Notes: generated by a model not told the origin, from the sequence alone. 64,000 nt of DNA from an uncultured Chthoniobacterales bacterium (GCA_964467415.1 CAYXRX010000009.1:72763-136762); one strand, 5' to 3'; positions 17,755 through 28,003 are shown, counted from the first letter of the stretch. Program-made: numbers and translations.

Positions 17755-20403
17755 GTGAAAATCACCATAACAAATCCCCCCAGCCCCTTGAGGGATGCAG
17801 TTTATGTGGGGATTTCGGTGCTTTTGTGCTTCGTTGCGTCGGCCTATTTTATTTTCAATCAGGCGAGCGCGCGCAACAACACCCATAACCGCCAGCGTCT
17901 CGAGTCGGTCGCGTGGCGAACGGCAGGAGCGATCGATGTCCGCGATCACTCGGCCCTCGCCCGCACGCCGCTCAGGGACCTCAAATCCGCCGACTACCAG
18001 CGCGTGCAGCGCGCCGCCCTGAGCGGAAAATCGGGCGACCCGATCATCTCGCGCATTTTCACAGTCTTCTTCAACGGCGAGCAGTCGCAGATGGTTGTGG
18101 ACAGCGAAGGCTTCCCGGCCCGCTCGTGGGAACGGCTGCCTTCCACGCCCGGCACCAGCGGGGATTTCAGCAAGGAGACGATGTATTTCTGCGCACAGTC
18201 GGTGCTCAAGACCGGCAAGAGCTGGGTGGGCGAAATCGCCTACCCAGGCTCACCCGAGGCGCTCGTTGTTGCCATGGTCCCGATCAACTCGGCTCCGGGA
18301 GTGCCCGAAGGTATCCTGGTGGTTGAGTCCACAAGCGAGCGTCTCCAGCCGACGCTCGCCTCGCTGCGGTCCGCGGCTATTTACTCGGTGCTCATCGGCG
18401 CGCTCGTTTCGCTCGTCGTCAGCCTGGCGGTCTATTCCTTCCGCAAAAAAAACAACCTCGACGCCGAGCGGCTGGCCGTCGTCGAGCAGGCCGAGCGCGC
18501 GCTGTTCGAGGCGATCGGCGAGGCGATCTACCGCGGCGAGGCAGGGAGCAGTTCGATCACATGGGAGGGAAACCTTTCGGGGATGGGCTGGGAGGGGGAT
18601 GGTACGCTGCCCAAGACCCGGGCGGCATGGGAAGCCTACATCCACCCGGAGGACCTGCCGCGCTGCCAGGCCGCATGGAAGGGCGAAGCAGGCACAAAAT
18701 GGAATGTGGAATACCGCCTCGTCGACAGGGACGGCCGCGTCCACTGGCTTCTCGACCGGGGCCAGAATGTCAAAGTCGGCAACAACCGCGTGATTTCCGT
18801 TGGCACAATCCTCAACCTTTCCCCCCTCCGGGAAACCGAACAGCGCCTCCGCGATGTCGTGGACGCCGCCGGCGAATATATCTGGGAAGTCGACTCCGAA
18901 GGCCACTACACGTTTCTCTCCGATCGCGTTGTCGATGTGCTCGGCTACCCGGTGGAAAAGCTCATCGGGCGGCATCCGCTTTCGTTCGTTCCTCCCGGCG
19001 ACGTTGACGAAGTGCGCGCACAAACCGAGGAGCTGGCAAAATCCCAGCGGCCCTACAAGGATTTCCAGCACCGGATGATGCGCTCCGACGGCGGGATCAT
19101 CTGGCTGAGCATCAACGGCGTGCCCGTCAGCAACACGCAGGGACGGATCACGGGCTACCGCGGCGCCGGCCTGGATATCACTGCCCGCAAACGGGCCGAG
19201 CAGGAACTCATCCGGGAGAAAGAATCCGCCCTCGCCGCCGACCGCGCCAAAAGCGAGTTTCTCGCCGTCATGAGCCACGAGATCCGCACGCCGCTCAATA
19301 GCGTGCTGGGATTTGCCGACCTCCTTGCTGAAACGTCCCTCGACCCCGCCCAGCGCGAGCAGTTGGAGATGATCCGCCGCAGCGGCGACGCCCTGCTGGT
19401 CCTCCTGAATGACATTCTGGACTTTTCACGGATCGAATCGGGAAAGATGCCCATCCAGGCGTCCTCTGTGGACATCCGCAGCTGCCTGAGCGACGTGGTC
19501 AACCTCTACGGCGCCACCTCGAAGGCCAAGGGTGTCACCCTGCGCATCGAGGTGGCCAACGATATCCCCCAGCACCTCTGCACAGATCCGGGCCGCCTGC
19601 GCCAGATCCTCCTCAACCTCGTCGGAAATGCCGTGAAATTCACTCCCGCCGGCGAGGTTTTGGTTTCGGCGAGCCTGGGCACTTCGGATCCGAAAGACGG
19701 GCGTTTCCCGCTTCTCATCTCCGTGGAGGATTCCGGGATCGGCATCGCCCCCGACCGGGTGGCCCGCCTGTTCAAACCATTCTCTCAGGCGGACTCGTCA
19801 ACCACAAGACGGTTTGGAGGAACCGGGCTCGGGCTGGCCATCTGCAAGCGCCTGGCCGAATTGCTCGGAGGCGATGTGAAGCTTGTTCGGTCGTCCTCGA
19901 CGGGCAGCGTCTTTGCGCTGGAGCTCCCGCTGGTGACCGTGCCCGCGGACCTGGAGGAAACATCTCACGCCGAGGCCGCCGCAGCCGCGGAACCGGCCGG
20001 CATCCGCCCATGGCGGATCCTTGTCGTCGAGGATAACAAGGTGAACCGGATGCTCGCCCAGCGGATGCTGCAATCGCTCGGCTACGAGAGCGACTCCGCT
20101 GAGAACGGGTTGCAGGGGATTCAGGCGCATGCCGTGAAGCCCTACAACATTATGTTCATGGATCTCCAGATGCCGGTGATGGACGGCGTTGAGGCCGCCT
20201 CGCACCTTCGCAAGCGCGAGGCCGAATCCCCCGCAACGCCTCCGGTCTACATCATCGCTCTCACGGCGGACGCCATGGCCGGAGATCGCAAGCGCTGCAT
20301 TGATGCCGGCATGAACGACTATCTGAGCAAGCCGATCCGGCGCGCCGACCTCGCCACCGCACTCGAGCGTGCCGCGCAGGCGATCCAACTGACCCAGGCC
20401 TGA
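17755..20403 (+). CDS. Hybrid sensor histidine kinase / response regulator with periplasmic sensor domain and PAS domains
   Basis: GTG at 17755. TM1 spans about aa 16-35, a periplasmic region of about 160 aa follows, and TM2 is at about aa 195-217. Two PAS-like regions are present. The HisKA domain carries SHEIRTPLNSVLGF, followed by HATPase_c (GTGLGLAICKRL) and a C-terminal receiver domain (ILVVEDNKVNRM...DLQMPVMDG). Confidence 0.85.
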   Translation: MKITITNPPSPLRDAVYVGISVLLCFVASAYFIFNQASARNNTHNRQRLESVAWRTAGAIDVRDHSALARTPLRDLKSADYQRVQRAALSGKSGDPIISRIFTVFFNGEQSQMVVDSEGFPARSWERLPSTPGTSGDFSKETMYFCAQSVLKTGKSWVGEIAYPGSPEALVVAMVPINSAPGVPEGILVVESTSERLQPTLASLRSAAIYSVLIGALVSLVVSLAVYSFRKKNNLDAERLAVVEQAERALFEAIGEAIYRGEAGSSSITWEGNLSGMGWEGDGTLPKTRAAWEAYIHPEDLPRCQAAWKGEAGTKWNVEYRLVDRDGRVHWLLDRGQNVKVGNNRVISVGTILNLSPLRETEQRLRDVVDAAGEYIWEVDSEGHYTFLSDRVVDVLGYPVEKLIGRHPLSFVPPGDVDEVRAQTEELAKSQRPYKDFQHRMMRSDGGIIWLSINGVPVSNTQGRITGYRGAGLDITARKRAEQELIREKESALAADRAKSEFLAVMSHEIRTPLNSVLGFADLLAETSLDPAQREQLEMIRRSGDALLVLLNDILDFSRIESGKMPIQASSVDIRSCLSDVVNLYGATSKAKGVTLRIEVANDIPQHLCTDPGRLRQILLNLVGNAVKFTPAGEVLVSASLGTSDPKDGRFPLLISVEDSGIGIAPDRVARLFKPFSQADSSTTRRFGGTGLGLAICKRLAELLGGDVKLVRSSSTGSVFALELPLVTVPADLEETSHAEAAAAAEPAGIRPWRILVVEDNKVNRMLAQRMLQSLGYESDSAENGLQGIQAHAVKPYNIMFMDLQMPVMDGVEAASHLRKREAESPATPPVYIIALTADAMAGDRKRCIDAGMNDYLSKPIRRADLATALERAAQAIQLTQA

Positions 20404-20464
20404 ACAGGGCTTTTTCAAAATTCCGGTCTTTGCCGCGCGGGCAGGATCGATCAGACTGACGAGC

Positions 20465-22171
20465 GTGATATTCGACACACTCAAGTCGGCGGTCGACCTC
20501 TACAATCACCTGCCGCGCTACCGCGAAATCCTGTCCGTGCTTTTCAAGTATGGATTTGCCGATGTGCTCCGTCTGGTTGCCCTCCAGCACATCCTGAAGA
20601 TTGAAGATGCGACGATCCGCACGCATCCCGACGACGCGATCCTTTCGAAGCCTCTGCCGGAGCGCCTCCGTCTCGCCCTGGAGGAACTCGGACCGACATT
20701 CATCAAATTCGGCCAGATCCTCAGCAGCCGGCGCGACGTGATCACCGATGACTACTTCATCGAGCTCACCAAGCTCCAGAGCGGCGTGCCTCCGTTCCCG
20801 GGGGAGGAGGCGAAAAAAATCATCGAGGAGGAACTCGGGCACCCGATCGGCAAGCTCTATGGGCGCTTCAATCTTGATCCGGTCGGAAGCGCCAGCATCG
20901 CCCAGGTCCACCGGGCGAAGCTTCCCGACGGAACCGACGTCGCCGTCAAGGTTCAGCGCCCGGACATCGAGAAGACAATCACACTCGACGTCGCCATCCT
21001 TCAGGACCTTGCGGCCTTCATTGAAAAGCATGTCCCCGAGGTCGCCGGACTCAATCCGACCGGCGTCGTCCATGAGTTTACCGAGACCCTCCAGCGCGAG
21101 CTCGACTTTGAAAACGAGGCGACGAATGCCGAGCGCTTCGGCGAGCAGTTCGAGAACAACCCGGACCTCCGCGTGCCGAAGATCTACCGCGACCACTCGA
21201 CATCGCGCGTGCTCACGATGGATTTCATCACCGGGATTCCGGTCACGGACTTGAAGGCATTGGAGGCCCAGGGCACGGATCCCGCAGACCTCGCGGAGAA
21301 GATGACCGCTCTTATCTACGAGCAGATTTTCGAGCACGGTTTTTTTCATGGCGACCCCCATCCCGGCAACATGACCGTCCTCCCCGACGGCCGCCTGGTC
21401 CTGTTCGACTACGGGATGATGGGCAAGTTCACGCCGCAGATGCGCGAGAGCATCGCTCTGCTCGTGAGCGGCCTTGCGGAGAAGGACCACCCGCAGACGA
21501 CCCGCTCGATCCTCGACCTCTCGGAGGAGGGCATCGCCAGCGACCAGATGCTCCTGCAGGCCGAGGTGGAGCGCTTTGCTGAGCAGAACCTCAGCCGCCC
21601 GCTCAGCGACATCAGCCTCGGCGCGGTCCTCAACAATCTGCTCGACCTCCTGCGCGATAACCACCTTCGCATGAAACCGGCTTTCTACCTCGGCATCAAG
21701 GCCCTCGCGCAGGTCGAAGCCATCGGCCAGGCGCTCGATCCGGACCTGAACTTCATCAAGCTCGGCGAGCCGTATGCCTCCCGGGTTCTCCTCGGAAAAT
21801 TCGGGGCCGGACGCGTGGGAGGAATACTCAAAGGTGTGGCAGTCGAAGCGCTCGATTTCCTGAGGGATTTCCCCTCGGACTTCCGACAGCTCTACCAGAG
21901 CATCCGGCGCGGAAAGTTGAGCATCCCGCTCGAGCACAAGATCGACCCGAAGGGGTTCGAGCCGCTGAGGATCACGCTCGACTCGATCGCCAACCGGCTC
22001 GCCAACGCCATCCTCACCGCAGCGGTCCTCATCTGCTCAAGCATCGTCCTGCTCGCCGCCGTTCCCCCGCACCTCGGCAGCGTCAGCGTCCCGGGGATCG
22101 TGGGCCTCTGCTTTGGCGCCTACATGTGCCTCCGGCTCGTGTTCTCGATCTGGAAGCACGGCGGGCTCTAG
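20465..22171 (+). CDS. ABC1/UbiB family atypical protein kinase with C-terminal TM helices
   Basis: 568 aa. The ABC1 domain is present (ELGPTFIKFGQILSSRRDV, ASIAQVHRAKLPDGTDVAVKVQRP, HGDPHPGN). Hydrophobic helices sit at the C-terminus. Confidence 0.8.
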   Translation: MIFDTLKSAVDLYNHLPRYREILSVLFKYGFADVLRLVALQHILKIEDATIRTHPDDAILSKPLPERLRLALEELGPTFIKFGQILSSRRDVITDDYFIELTKLQSGVPPFPGEEAKKIIEEELGHPIGKLYGRFNLDPVGSASIAQVHRAKLPDGTDVAVKVQRPDIEKTITLDVAILQDLAAFIEKHVPEVAGLNPTGVVHEFTETLQRELDFENEATNAERFGEQFENNPDLRVPKIYRDHSTSRVLTMDFITGIPVTDLKALEAQGTDPADLAEKMTALIYEQIFEHGFFHGDPHPGNMTVLPDGRLVLFDYGMMGKFTPQMRESIALLVSGLAEKDHPQTTRSILDLSEEGIASDQMLLQAEVERFAEQNLSRPLSDISLGAVLNNLLDLLRDNHLRMKPAFYLGIKALAQVEAIGQALDPDLNFIKLGEPYASRVLLGKFGAGRVGGILKGVAVEALDFLRDFPSDFRQLYQSIRRGKLSIPLEHKIDPKGFEPLRITLDSIANRLANAILTAAVLICSSIVLLAAVPPHLGSVSVPGIVGLCFGAYMCLRLVFSIWKHGGL

Positions 22172-22175
22172 CGCA

Positions 22176-22880
22176 TCAGGATTCGAGGTAGAGGATCCGT
22201 CCGCACTGTGGGCAGGAGACGATGTCCTGGCGGGATTTGAGGGCGACGGTTGTCTGGGTGGTCACCTTCATGTGGCATCCGGTGCAGACCTCGTGCTCGA
22301 GGGCCACGACGGCCATCCCGTGCTTGGTGCTGAAGAGCCGCTGATACCGGTCGAGCAGGTCCTCATCCAAACCCGCGAGGCAGTCCGCGCGGGAGGCCTC
22401 GATCTCCTGGATCCGCGATTTCAAATTGTTTCCCTTCTCCAGCAGGGCGGCGATCTGCGCCTCGTATTTGGATTTTTCCGACGCGTAGGTCTGCTCGGCG
22501 GACGTGATCTGCGGGCGAAGGGACTCGGCCTCCTCCATCAGTTCGATCTCGCGGTCCTCGATTCCGGAGATGAGCTTCTCCACTCCCTCGATCTCGTGGT
22601 TGAGCGCGGAAAACTCCTCGTTTTTCCGCGTCTGCATCTGCTGGTTCTTGTAGCGCACGATCTGCTCGCGCTTCCCGGCGGCCTCGACCTCGAGCGTCTT
22701 CTTTTCGACCTCGATCTGCTTTGCGCGGGTGCGGGCCTGATCCAGCCGTTCGGCCGCCTCGGCGATCAGGCGTTCCTTTGAGGCCTTTTCACGCGGAATC
22801 GCCTCGAGTTCGACGTGGAACGCACGCAGCCGCTGGTCGCGATCCTGCAGGGTGAGAAGTTTTTGGATGATTTCTTCCAT
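22176..22880 (-). CDS. Coiled-coil protein with C-terminal C4 zinc ribbon (COG1579-like)
   Basis: ATG at 22880 (MEEIIQKLLTLQDRDQRL). A long coiled coil is followed by CTGCHMKV...CPQCGRILY. Confidence 0.6.
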   Translation of the reverse strand: MEEIIQKLLTLQDRDQRLRAFHVELEAIPREKASKERLIAEAAERLDQARTRAKQIEVEKKTLEVEAAGKREQIVRYKNQQMQTRKNEEFSALNHEIEGVEKLISGIEDREIELMEEAESLRPQITSAEQTYASEKSKYEAQIAALLEKGNNLKSRIQEIEASRADCLAGLDEDLLDRYQRLFSTKHGMAVVALEHEVCTGCHMKVTTQTTVALKSRQDIVSCPQCGRILYLES

Positions 22881-23029
22881 CGGTCTATCATGGGCAGATC
22901 GTCCGGGTTTATCCAGCCCGGGGCGGAACTTTTTTCGACCGGCCACTTGGCGCGCCGCCTCATCCCGGAGGCTGCAGAGAGGCGGACAGGAGGATGACAT
23001 CAGCCGCGGGATCTGGTAGATGCTCATCT

Positions 23030-24079
23030 ATGCCCGATCTCCTGGACCCCATCAAAATCGGCGACTGGGAACTTCCCAACCGCGTCTTCATGTCCCCGCT
23101 TACCCGTTGCCGCGCCAGCGAGGGCCGTGTCCCCAACACCCTCATGCGCGACTACTATGTCCAGCGGGCCTCGGCGGGCATGATCCTGTCGGAGGCCACC
23201 GCGGTTTGTCCGATGGGAGTGGGTTACCCCGACACCCCGGGAATCTGGTCGAAGGAGCAAGTTGCGGGTTGGAAGCTTGTCACCGACGGCGTTCACGCCG
23301 CCGGGGGATGCATCCTCCTGCAGCTCTGGCACGTCGGGAGGATCTCGGATCCCGTTTACCTCGGCGGGGAACTCCCGGTCGCGCCGAGCGCGATCGCCGC
23401 CGATGGCCACGTGAGCCTTCTCCGCCCGTTCAAACCCTATGTCACCCCCCGCGCACTCGAAACCGGCGAGATCGCCGGCGTCGTGGAGGCCTTCCGCAAG
23501 GGCGCGGAAAACGCCTTGGCGGCCGGGTTCGACGGCGTGGAAATCCACGGCGCAAACGGCTACCTCCCGGATCAGTTTCTCCAGGATTCCACAAATCACC
23601 GCACGGACGAATACGGGGGGGCGATCGAAAACCGCGCCCGGCTTTTGCTGGAGATCACCGATGCCGCGATCGGCGTCTGGGGAAACGCCCGCGTGGGCGT
23701 TCATCTCGCACCGCGCGGCGATGCCCACAGCATGGGCGACTCAAATCCCGCAGCCACGTTCGGGTATGTCGCCGGCGAGCTCGGAAAACGGAAAATCGCA
23801 TTCATCTGCGCGAGGGAATCGCTCGGCAATAACCGCCTGGGACCGCTTTTGAAGGCCAAGTTCGGCGGCCCCTACATCGCCAACGAAGGGTTCACCCTTG
23901 AGAGTGGCAATGAAGTGATCCGGTCGGGCGAGGCGGATGCCGTGGCCTTCGGCAAACTCTTCATTGCGAACCCAGATCTGCCCGCCCGCTTTGCTCACGG
24001 AAGCCCGCTGAACACCCCTATTCCGGAAACCTTCTACGGCAGCGGCCCGGAAGGCTATATCGACTATCCCGGGCATTAA
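23030..24079 (+). CDS. NADH:flavin oxidoreductase, Old Yellow Enzyme family (NemA-like)
   Basis: ATG at 23030. OYE motifs are present (LLQLWHVGRIS, GFDGVEIHGANGYLPDQFL, ENRARLLLEI). Confidence 0.85.
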   Translation: MPDLLDPIKIGDWELPNRVFMSPLTRCRASEGRVPNTLMRDYYVQRASAGMILSEATAVCPMGVGYPDTPGIWSKEQVAGWKLVTDGVHAAGGCILLQLWHVGRISDPVYLGGELPVAPSAIAADGHVSLLRPFKPYVTPRALETGEIAGVVEAFRKGAENALAAGFDGVEIHGANGYLPDQFLQDSTNHRTDEYGGAIENRARLLLEITDAAIGVWGNARVGVHLAPRGDAHSMGDSNPAATFGYVAGELGKRKIAFICARESLGNNRLGPLLKAKFGGPYIANEGFTLESGNEVIRSGEADAVAFGKLFIANPDLPARFAHGSPLNTPIPETFYGSGPEGYIDYPGH

Positions 24080-24096
24080 ACGAGCTCGGCGCCTGC

Positions 24097-25287
24097 TCAA
24101 TGGGCCCCTTCGGAGCGCCGGAGGTCCTGCCGGAAACCGTCGACCCACCACTGGGTGATAGCGTGGTTTTTCTGGCCGGACGGATCCTGCCACAGCGTGA
24201 GACCGCGCGTCCATTTTTCGAGGAGGGATTCATACGAATCCTTCGAAAGATCATACCTCATCGAGGCGTGGTAGTTGAATGCGGCCCAGCCGCCACAGTT
24301 GACGGCTTTGTAGGTCCAAACCGCCCAGTGCCACCCTTCCTTGTTCATGGATTCCGCCATCCACCGGGCGGCCCCGGCATTGTCCTGTCCGGCCTTCATC
24401 TCCCCGAGAAAAAGCGGGGTGTCGACTTCCGGGTGCTTCGCGAGGGAGTCGCGATAACTTGAGAGGCCCGGCTGGTCCTTGAACGAATAGTGGTCGGAGT
24501 AGACCGTGTTTTTCGGAAATTCCTTCGGCATCTTGTCGTAGCCGCACCACTCGACGATCACCATGCGCTCCGGATCCTGCGCACGGATGGCATCGCTGAA
24601 CGCGTGGTGCGGCGCGTTCCAGGGCGAGCCCTCGGGCTCGTTGATGACATCAAAGCCGGCAACGGCTCCGTTTCCCTTGAAATGCTTCGCAACTTCGCTC
24701 CAGAGCGCAGCCATCCGCGCGCGCACCGCCTTCCCATCCTCCGACCAGCGGGAAGGAAGTCCGTAATTGCCTTTCTCGAACTGCCTCGGCCAGATGTGCA
24801 GGTCGAAAACGACGTAAATCCGCCGCTTGGCGGCCTCCGCAACAACCCAGTCCAAACGCGAAAAGTCGATGTTGCCGGAACGGTCGCGGATCCAGCTTCC
24901 CCCGCCATCCTGCAGGTTGCGCCAGCCGAAAGGTACCCGGATCAAGTTAAATCCCCAGCTTTGGATGAGGTCGAGATCGCGGCTGGTGAACCAGTTGTCA
25001 CGCCAGGCGTCCATCAGCGCCGCCGCCTTGCCGGAGCCGAAGCGGGCCTCGAGCTGCTCCAATGCGCCCCGCCCGGCATCGTCGGTCTGCCCGCACATCC
25101 ATCCCTCCGTAACAAGCCAGCCGCCGATGTTCACGCCCCGAAGGTCCACGGCCTCACCCTTCCGGTTGACGATCCGCTTCCCTTTGGTCTGCAGATAATC
25201 CTCCTCACCCAGCGGGGGCAGGGCCGCCAGCAGCGAAGGAACCAGGAGCAACAGGCCGGCAATTGCCGGAGAACATCCCCGGATCAT
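24097..25287 (-). CDS. Secreted glycoside hydrolase family 5 enzyme
   Basis: ATG at 25287 with a signal peptide (MIRGCSPAIAGLLLLVPSLLAALP). GH5 motifs are present (LRGVNIGGWLV, RIYVVFDLH, FDVINEP with the catalytic Glu). Confidence 0.8.
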   Translation of the reverse strand: MIRGCSPAIAGLLLLVPSLLAALPPLGEEDYLQTKGKRIVNRKGEAVDLRGVNIGGWLVTEGWMCGQTDDAGRGALEQLEARFGSGKAAALMDAWRDNWFTSRDLDLIQSWGFNLIRVPFGWRNLQDGGGSWIRDRSGNIDFSRLDWVVAEAAKRRIYVVFDLHIWPRQFEKGNYGLPSRWSEDGKAVRARMAALWSEVAKHFKGNGAVAGFDVINEPEGSPWNAPHHAFSDAIRAQDPERMVIVEWCGYDKMPKEFPKNTVYSDHYSFKDQPGLSSYRDSLAKHPEVDTPLFLGEMKAGQDNAGAARWMAESMNKEGWHWAVWTYKAVNCGGWAAFNYHASMRYDLSKDSYESLLEKWTRGLTLWQDPSGQKNHAITQWWVDGFRQDLRRSEGAH

Positions 25288-25330
25288 GAATGAAAGGCGC
25301 ACGGATCCCGCACGGGTTGCCCGGTTGCGC

Positions 25331-25654
25331 TTACGGGTTGACCTGGCGGGCAGGCTGCGCCCAATGGCCCGGAACCCAGATTTGGCGGCCGTTGGTCCAG
25401 GTCTCGGAACCTTCCACCCAGACCGGAGTGCCGGCTCGCCGCGCCGCCGCCTGCCCGGGATCCCCGTCCAGATATTCCGCATCCCGGTTGTTGTAGGGCC
25501 CCCGGTTGCGGTTTGGGGGATCGAACAGATCGAAGATCGCACGGCCCAGCGGATCCGGCGGACGCAGATGTCCGTCAGCGTTGACGCAGCCGTCCAGCAG
25601 GGTGACGGCCAACGCCGACAAAAGAAATGCGGGGATTCTTTTTGAGAACGTCAT
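25331..25654 (-). CDS. Small hypothetical lipoprotein with W-rich C-terminus, divergent from copA
   Basis: ATG at 25654 (MTFSKRIPAFLLSALAVTLLDGCVN). The 107-aa protein ends VWVEGSETWTNGRQIWVPGHWAQP. It has no recognisable family. Confidence 0.45.
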   Translation of the reverse strand: MTFSKRIPAFLLSALAVTLLDGCVNADGHLRPPDPLGRAIFDLFDPPNRNRGPYNNRDAEYLDGDPGQAAARRAGTPVWVEGSETWTNGRQIWVPGHWAQPARQVNP

Positions 25655-25723
25655 GCCGCAGCCTACAATCAGAAGGGCGGGTCCGCACGCGGAAAAATAT
25701 CCCGGCGGCCCCGACGACCTGAA

Positions 25724-28003
25724 ATGAACGAAGACCATTCCTGCTGCCAACCGAAAACCAACAGCCAGCCCGCGTGCTGCCACGAGCCGGAGCCGGCCGC
25801 CCGAGCCGGGAATTCCTGCTGCCACGCCGGCCCGCCGGCCGGCCCGGTTCCGGTGCCCACGAAGGAATGGTTTTGTCCGATGTGTCCCGGAGTCGAATCC
25901 GACCGTCCAGGGGCCTGCCCGAAATGCGGGATGGCACTGGAGCGCAGGATGCCCTCAGCGGACGGTGAGGATGCGGAGCTGGAGCACATGACCAGCCGGC
26001 TCCGGATCGCCGTCATCCTGACCATTCCGGTCGTAGTCCTGGCGATGGGAGGGCACTTCCCCCCACTCTCGGCGATTCCTCCGGAAGTATCCGGCTGGAT
26101 TCAGCTCGCGCTTGCCGCCCCGGTGGTCCTCTGGGCGGGCGCTCCGTTTTTCCAGAGGGGGTTCGATTCGCTGGTGAATCGGCGCCTGAACATGTTCACT
26201 CTGATTTCGCTGGGCACCGGCACAGCGTTTGTTTTCAGCTGCGTCGCCCTGCTTGCCCCGGGACTTCTTCCACACGCGATGCGCCACGCCGGCATGCTTC
26301 CGGTTTATTTTGAGGCGGCGGCGGCCATCACGACGCTCGTCCTGCTCGGTCAGGTGCTGGAACTGCGGGCGCGCGGGAAAACCGGCGACGCGCTCCGCCA
26401 ACTCATCGCTCTCGCGCCGAAGTCCGCACACCGGGTAAGCGGCGGAGCCGAGGAGAATGTGCCCCTGGATCGTGTCGTTGCCGGCGACGTCCTCCGGGTT
26501 AAGCCGGGCGAACACGTTCCCGTCGACGGGCTCGTGCTCGAAGGGCGCTCCGATCTCGACGAATCGATGCTGACCGGGGAACCGTTTCCCGTAACGAAAG
26601 AGCCTGGCGCTCCTGTTGCCGCCGGCACCCTCAATGGCAAAGGCAGCTTTCTCATGAGGGCGGAGCGCGTCGGCGAAACGACAATGTTGGCCCGGATCGT
26701 CAGCATGGTCTCTGAGGCCCAGCGGTCCCGCGCGCCTGTTCAGAAGCTTGCCGACGCAGTTGCGGCATGGTTTGTGCCCGCGGTCGTCGCGATTGCGGCG
26801 GTCACTTTCCTCGCATGGCTCCGCTTCGGCCCCGACCCGGCATTGGCCTATGCACTTGTGAATGCTGTCGCAGTCCTGATCATTGCCTGCCCCTGCGCCC
26901 TGGGTCTGGCCACTCCCATGTCGATCATGGTGGCAGTCGGCCGAGGCGCCTCTATGGGGATCCTCATCAAAGATGCGGAGTCCCTGCAGCGCCTGGAAAA
27001 GGTGGACACGCTCGTCGTCGACAAAACCGGCACGCTCACGGAGGGCCGCCCCGCGCTGACAGGGCTGGTTTCGCTGCCTCCACCAACAGAAACCGAACTA
27101 CTCACAACCGCCGCCTCGCTCGAAGCGCAGAGCGAGCATCCCTTGGCGGGTGCGGTCCTTCGAGCTGCCGGTGAGCGGAACATTGCGACCGCCCCCGTCA
27201 CCCAGTTTGAGATGCTGGCGGGCGCGGGCGTCCGCGGAATGCTCGGCGGCGGCCCGGCCATCGCCGGAACGCGCCGGCTGCTCTCCGAAAGCGGAATTCC
27301 GGATCTGGACGGGCTCGATCGTGAGGCCGCGCGTCTGCAGGCCGATGGACGAACCGTGATCTGGGTTGCCCGGGACGGCCGGCCTCTCGGGCTTCTGGCG
27401 TTCGCAGACCCTCTTAAAGCCTCGTCTCCGGAGGCTGTCGCCTCGCTGCAAAATCTCGGCCTTAGAATTCTGCTGCTCACCGGCGACAATGCGGAGTCCG
27501 CCAGCCGCGTGGGAAAAGCGCTCGGGATCACAGAGGTGGCTTCAGGCGTCAGCCCCAAGGACAAGCACGACAGGGTGCTTGCGCTGAAATCCGAAGGCCG
27601 GGTGGTGGCGATGGCCGGCGACGGCATCAACGATGCACCGGCCCTCGCCGCAGCCGATGTCGGTATCGCCATGGGCACCGGCACCGACATCGCCATCCAC
27701 AGCGCCGGCGTCACGCTTGTCAAAGGCGATCTGCGCGGCATCGCCGGCGCGATCACCCTCGGCCGCGCCGCGATGCGCAACATCCGCCAGAACCTCGCCT
27801 TCGCCTTCCTCTACAATGCGCTTGGCATCCCGCTCGCCGCCGGCGTCCTTTACCCGTGGTTCGGCATCCTCCTCAGCCCGGTGATCGCCAGCGCAGCCAT
27901 GTCGCTCAGCAGCGTCTGCGTTATCACCAACGCCCTTCGACTCCGGCACGTCAAACTCCTGCCGAGAGGCACCCGGGAGACCACTGCCCTCCCGCCTCAG
28001 TAG
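25724..28003 (+). CDS. copA: Copper-translocating P1B-type ATPase with Cys/His-rich N-terminus and CPxCP..CPKCGM heavy-metal-binding motif
   Basis: 759 aa. The N-terminus is Cys/His-rich (CCQPKTNSQPACCHEPEPAARAGNSCCHAGP, then WFCPMCPGVESDRPGACPKCGMALE). The transmembrane CPC motif is present (IIACPCALGLATP), followed by the DKTGT phosphorylation site and GDGINDAP. Confidence 0.9.
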   Translation: MNEDHSCCQPKTNSQPACCHEPEPAARAGNSCCHAGPPAGPVPVPTKEWFCPMCPGVESDRPGACPKCGMALERRMPSADGEDAELEHMTSRLRIAVILTIPVVVLAMGGHFPPLSAIPPEVSGWIQLALAAPVVLWAGAPFFQRGFDSLVNRRLNMFTLISLGTGTAFVFSCVALLAPGLLPHAMRHAGMLPVYFEAAAAITTLVLLGQVLELRARGKTGDALRQLIALAPKSAHRVSGGAEENVPLDRVVAGDVLRVKPGEHVPVDGLVLEGRSDLDESMLTGEPFPVTKEPGAPVAAGTLNGKGSFLMRAERVGETTMLARIVSMVSEAQRSRAPVQKLADAVAAWFVPAVVAIAAVTFLAWLRFGPDPALAYALVNAVAVLIIACPCALGLATPMSIMVAVGRGASMGILIKDAESLQRLEKVDTLVVDKTGTLTEGRPALTGLVSLPPPTETELLTTAASLEAQSEHPLAGAVLRAAGERNIATAPVTQFEMLAGAGVRGMLGGGPAIAGTRRLLSESGIPDLDGLDREAARLQADGRTVIWVARDGRPLGLLAFADPLKASSPEAVASLQNLGLRILLLTGDNAESASRVGKALGITEVASGVSPKDKHDRVLALKSEGRVVAMAGDGINDAPALAAADVGIAMGTGTDIAIHSAGVTLVKGDLRGIAGAITLGRAAMRNIRQNLAFAFLYNALGIPLAAGVLYPWFGILLSPVIASAAMSLSSVCVITNALRLRHVKLLPRGTRETTALPPQ

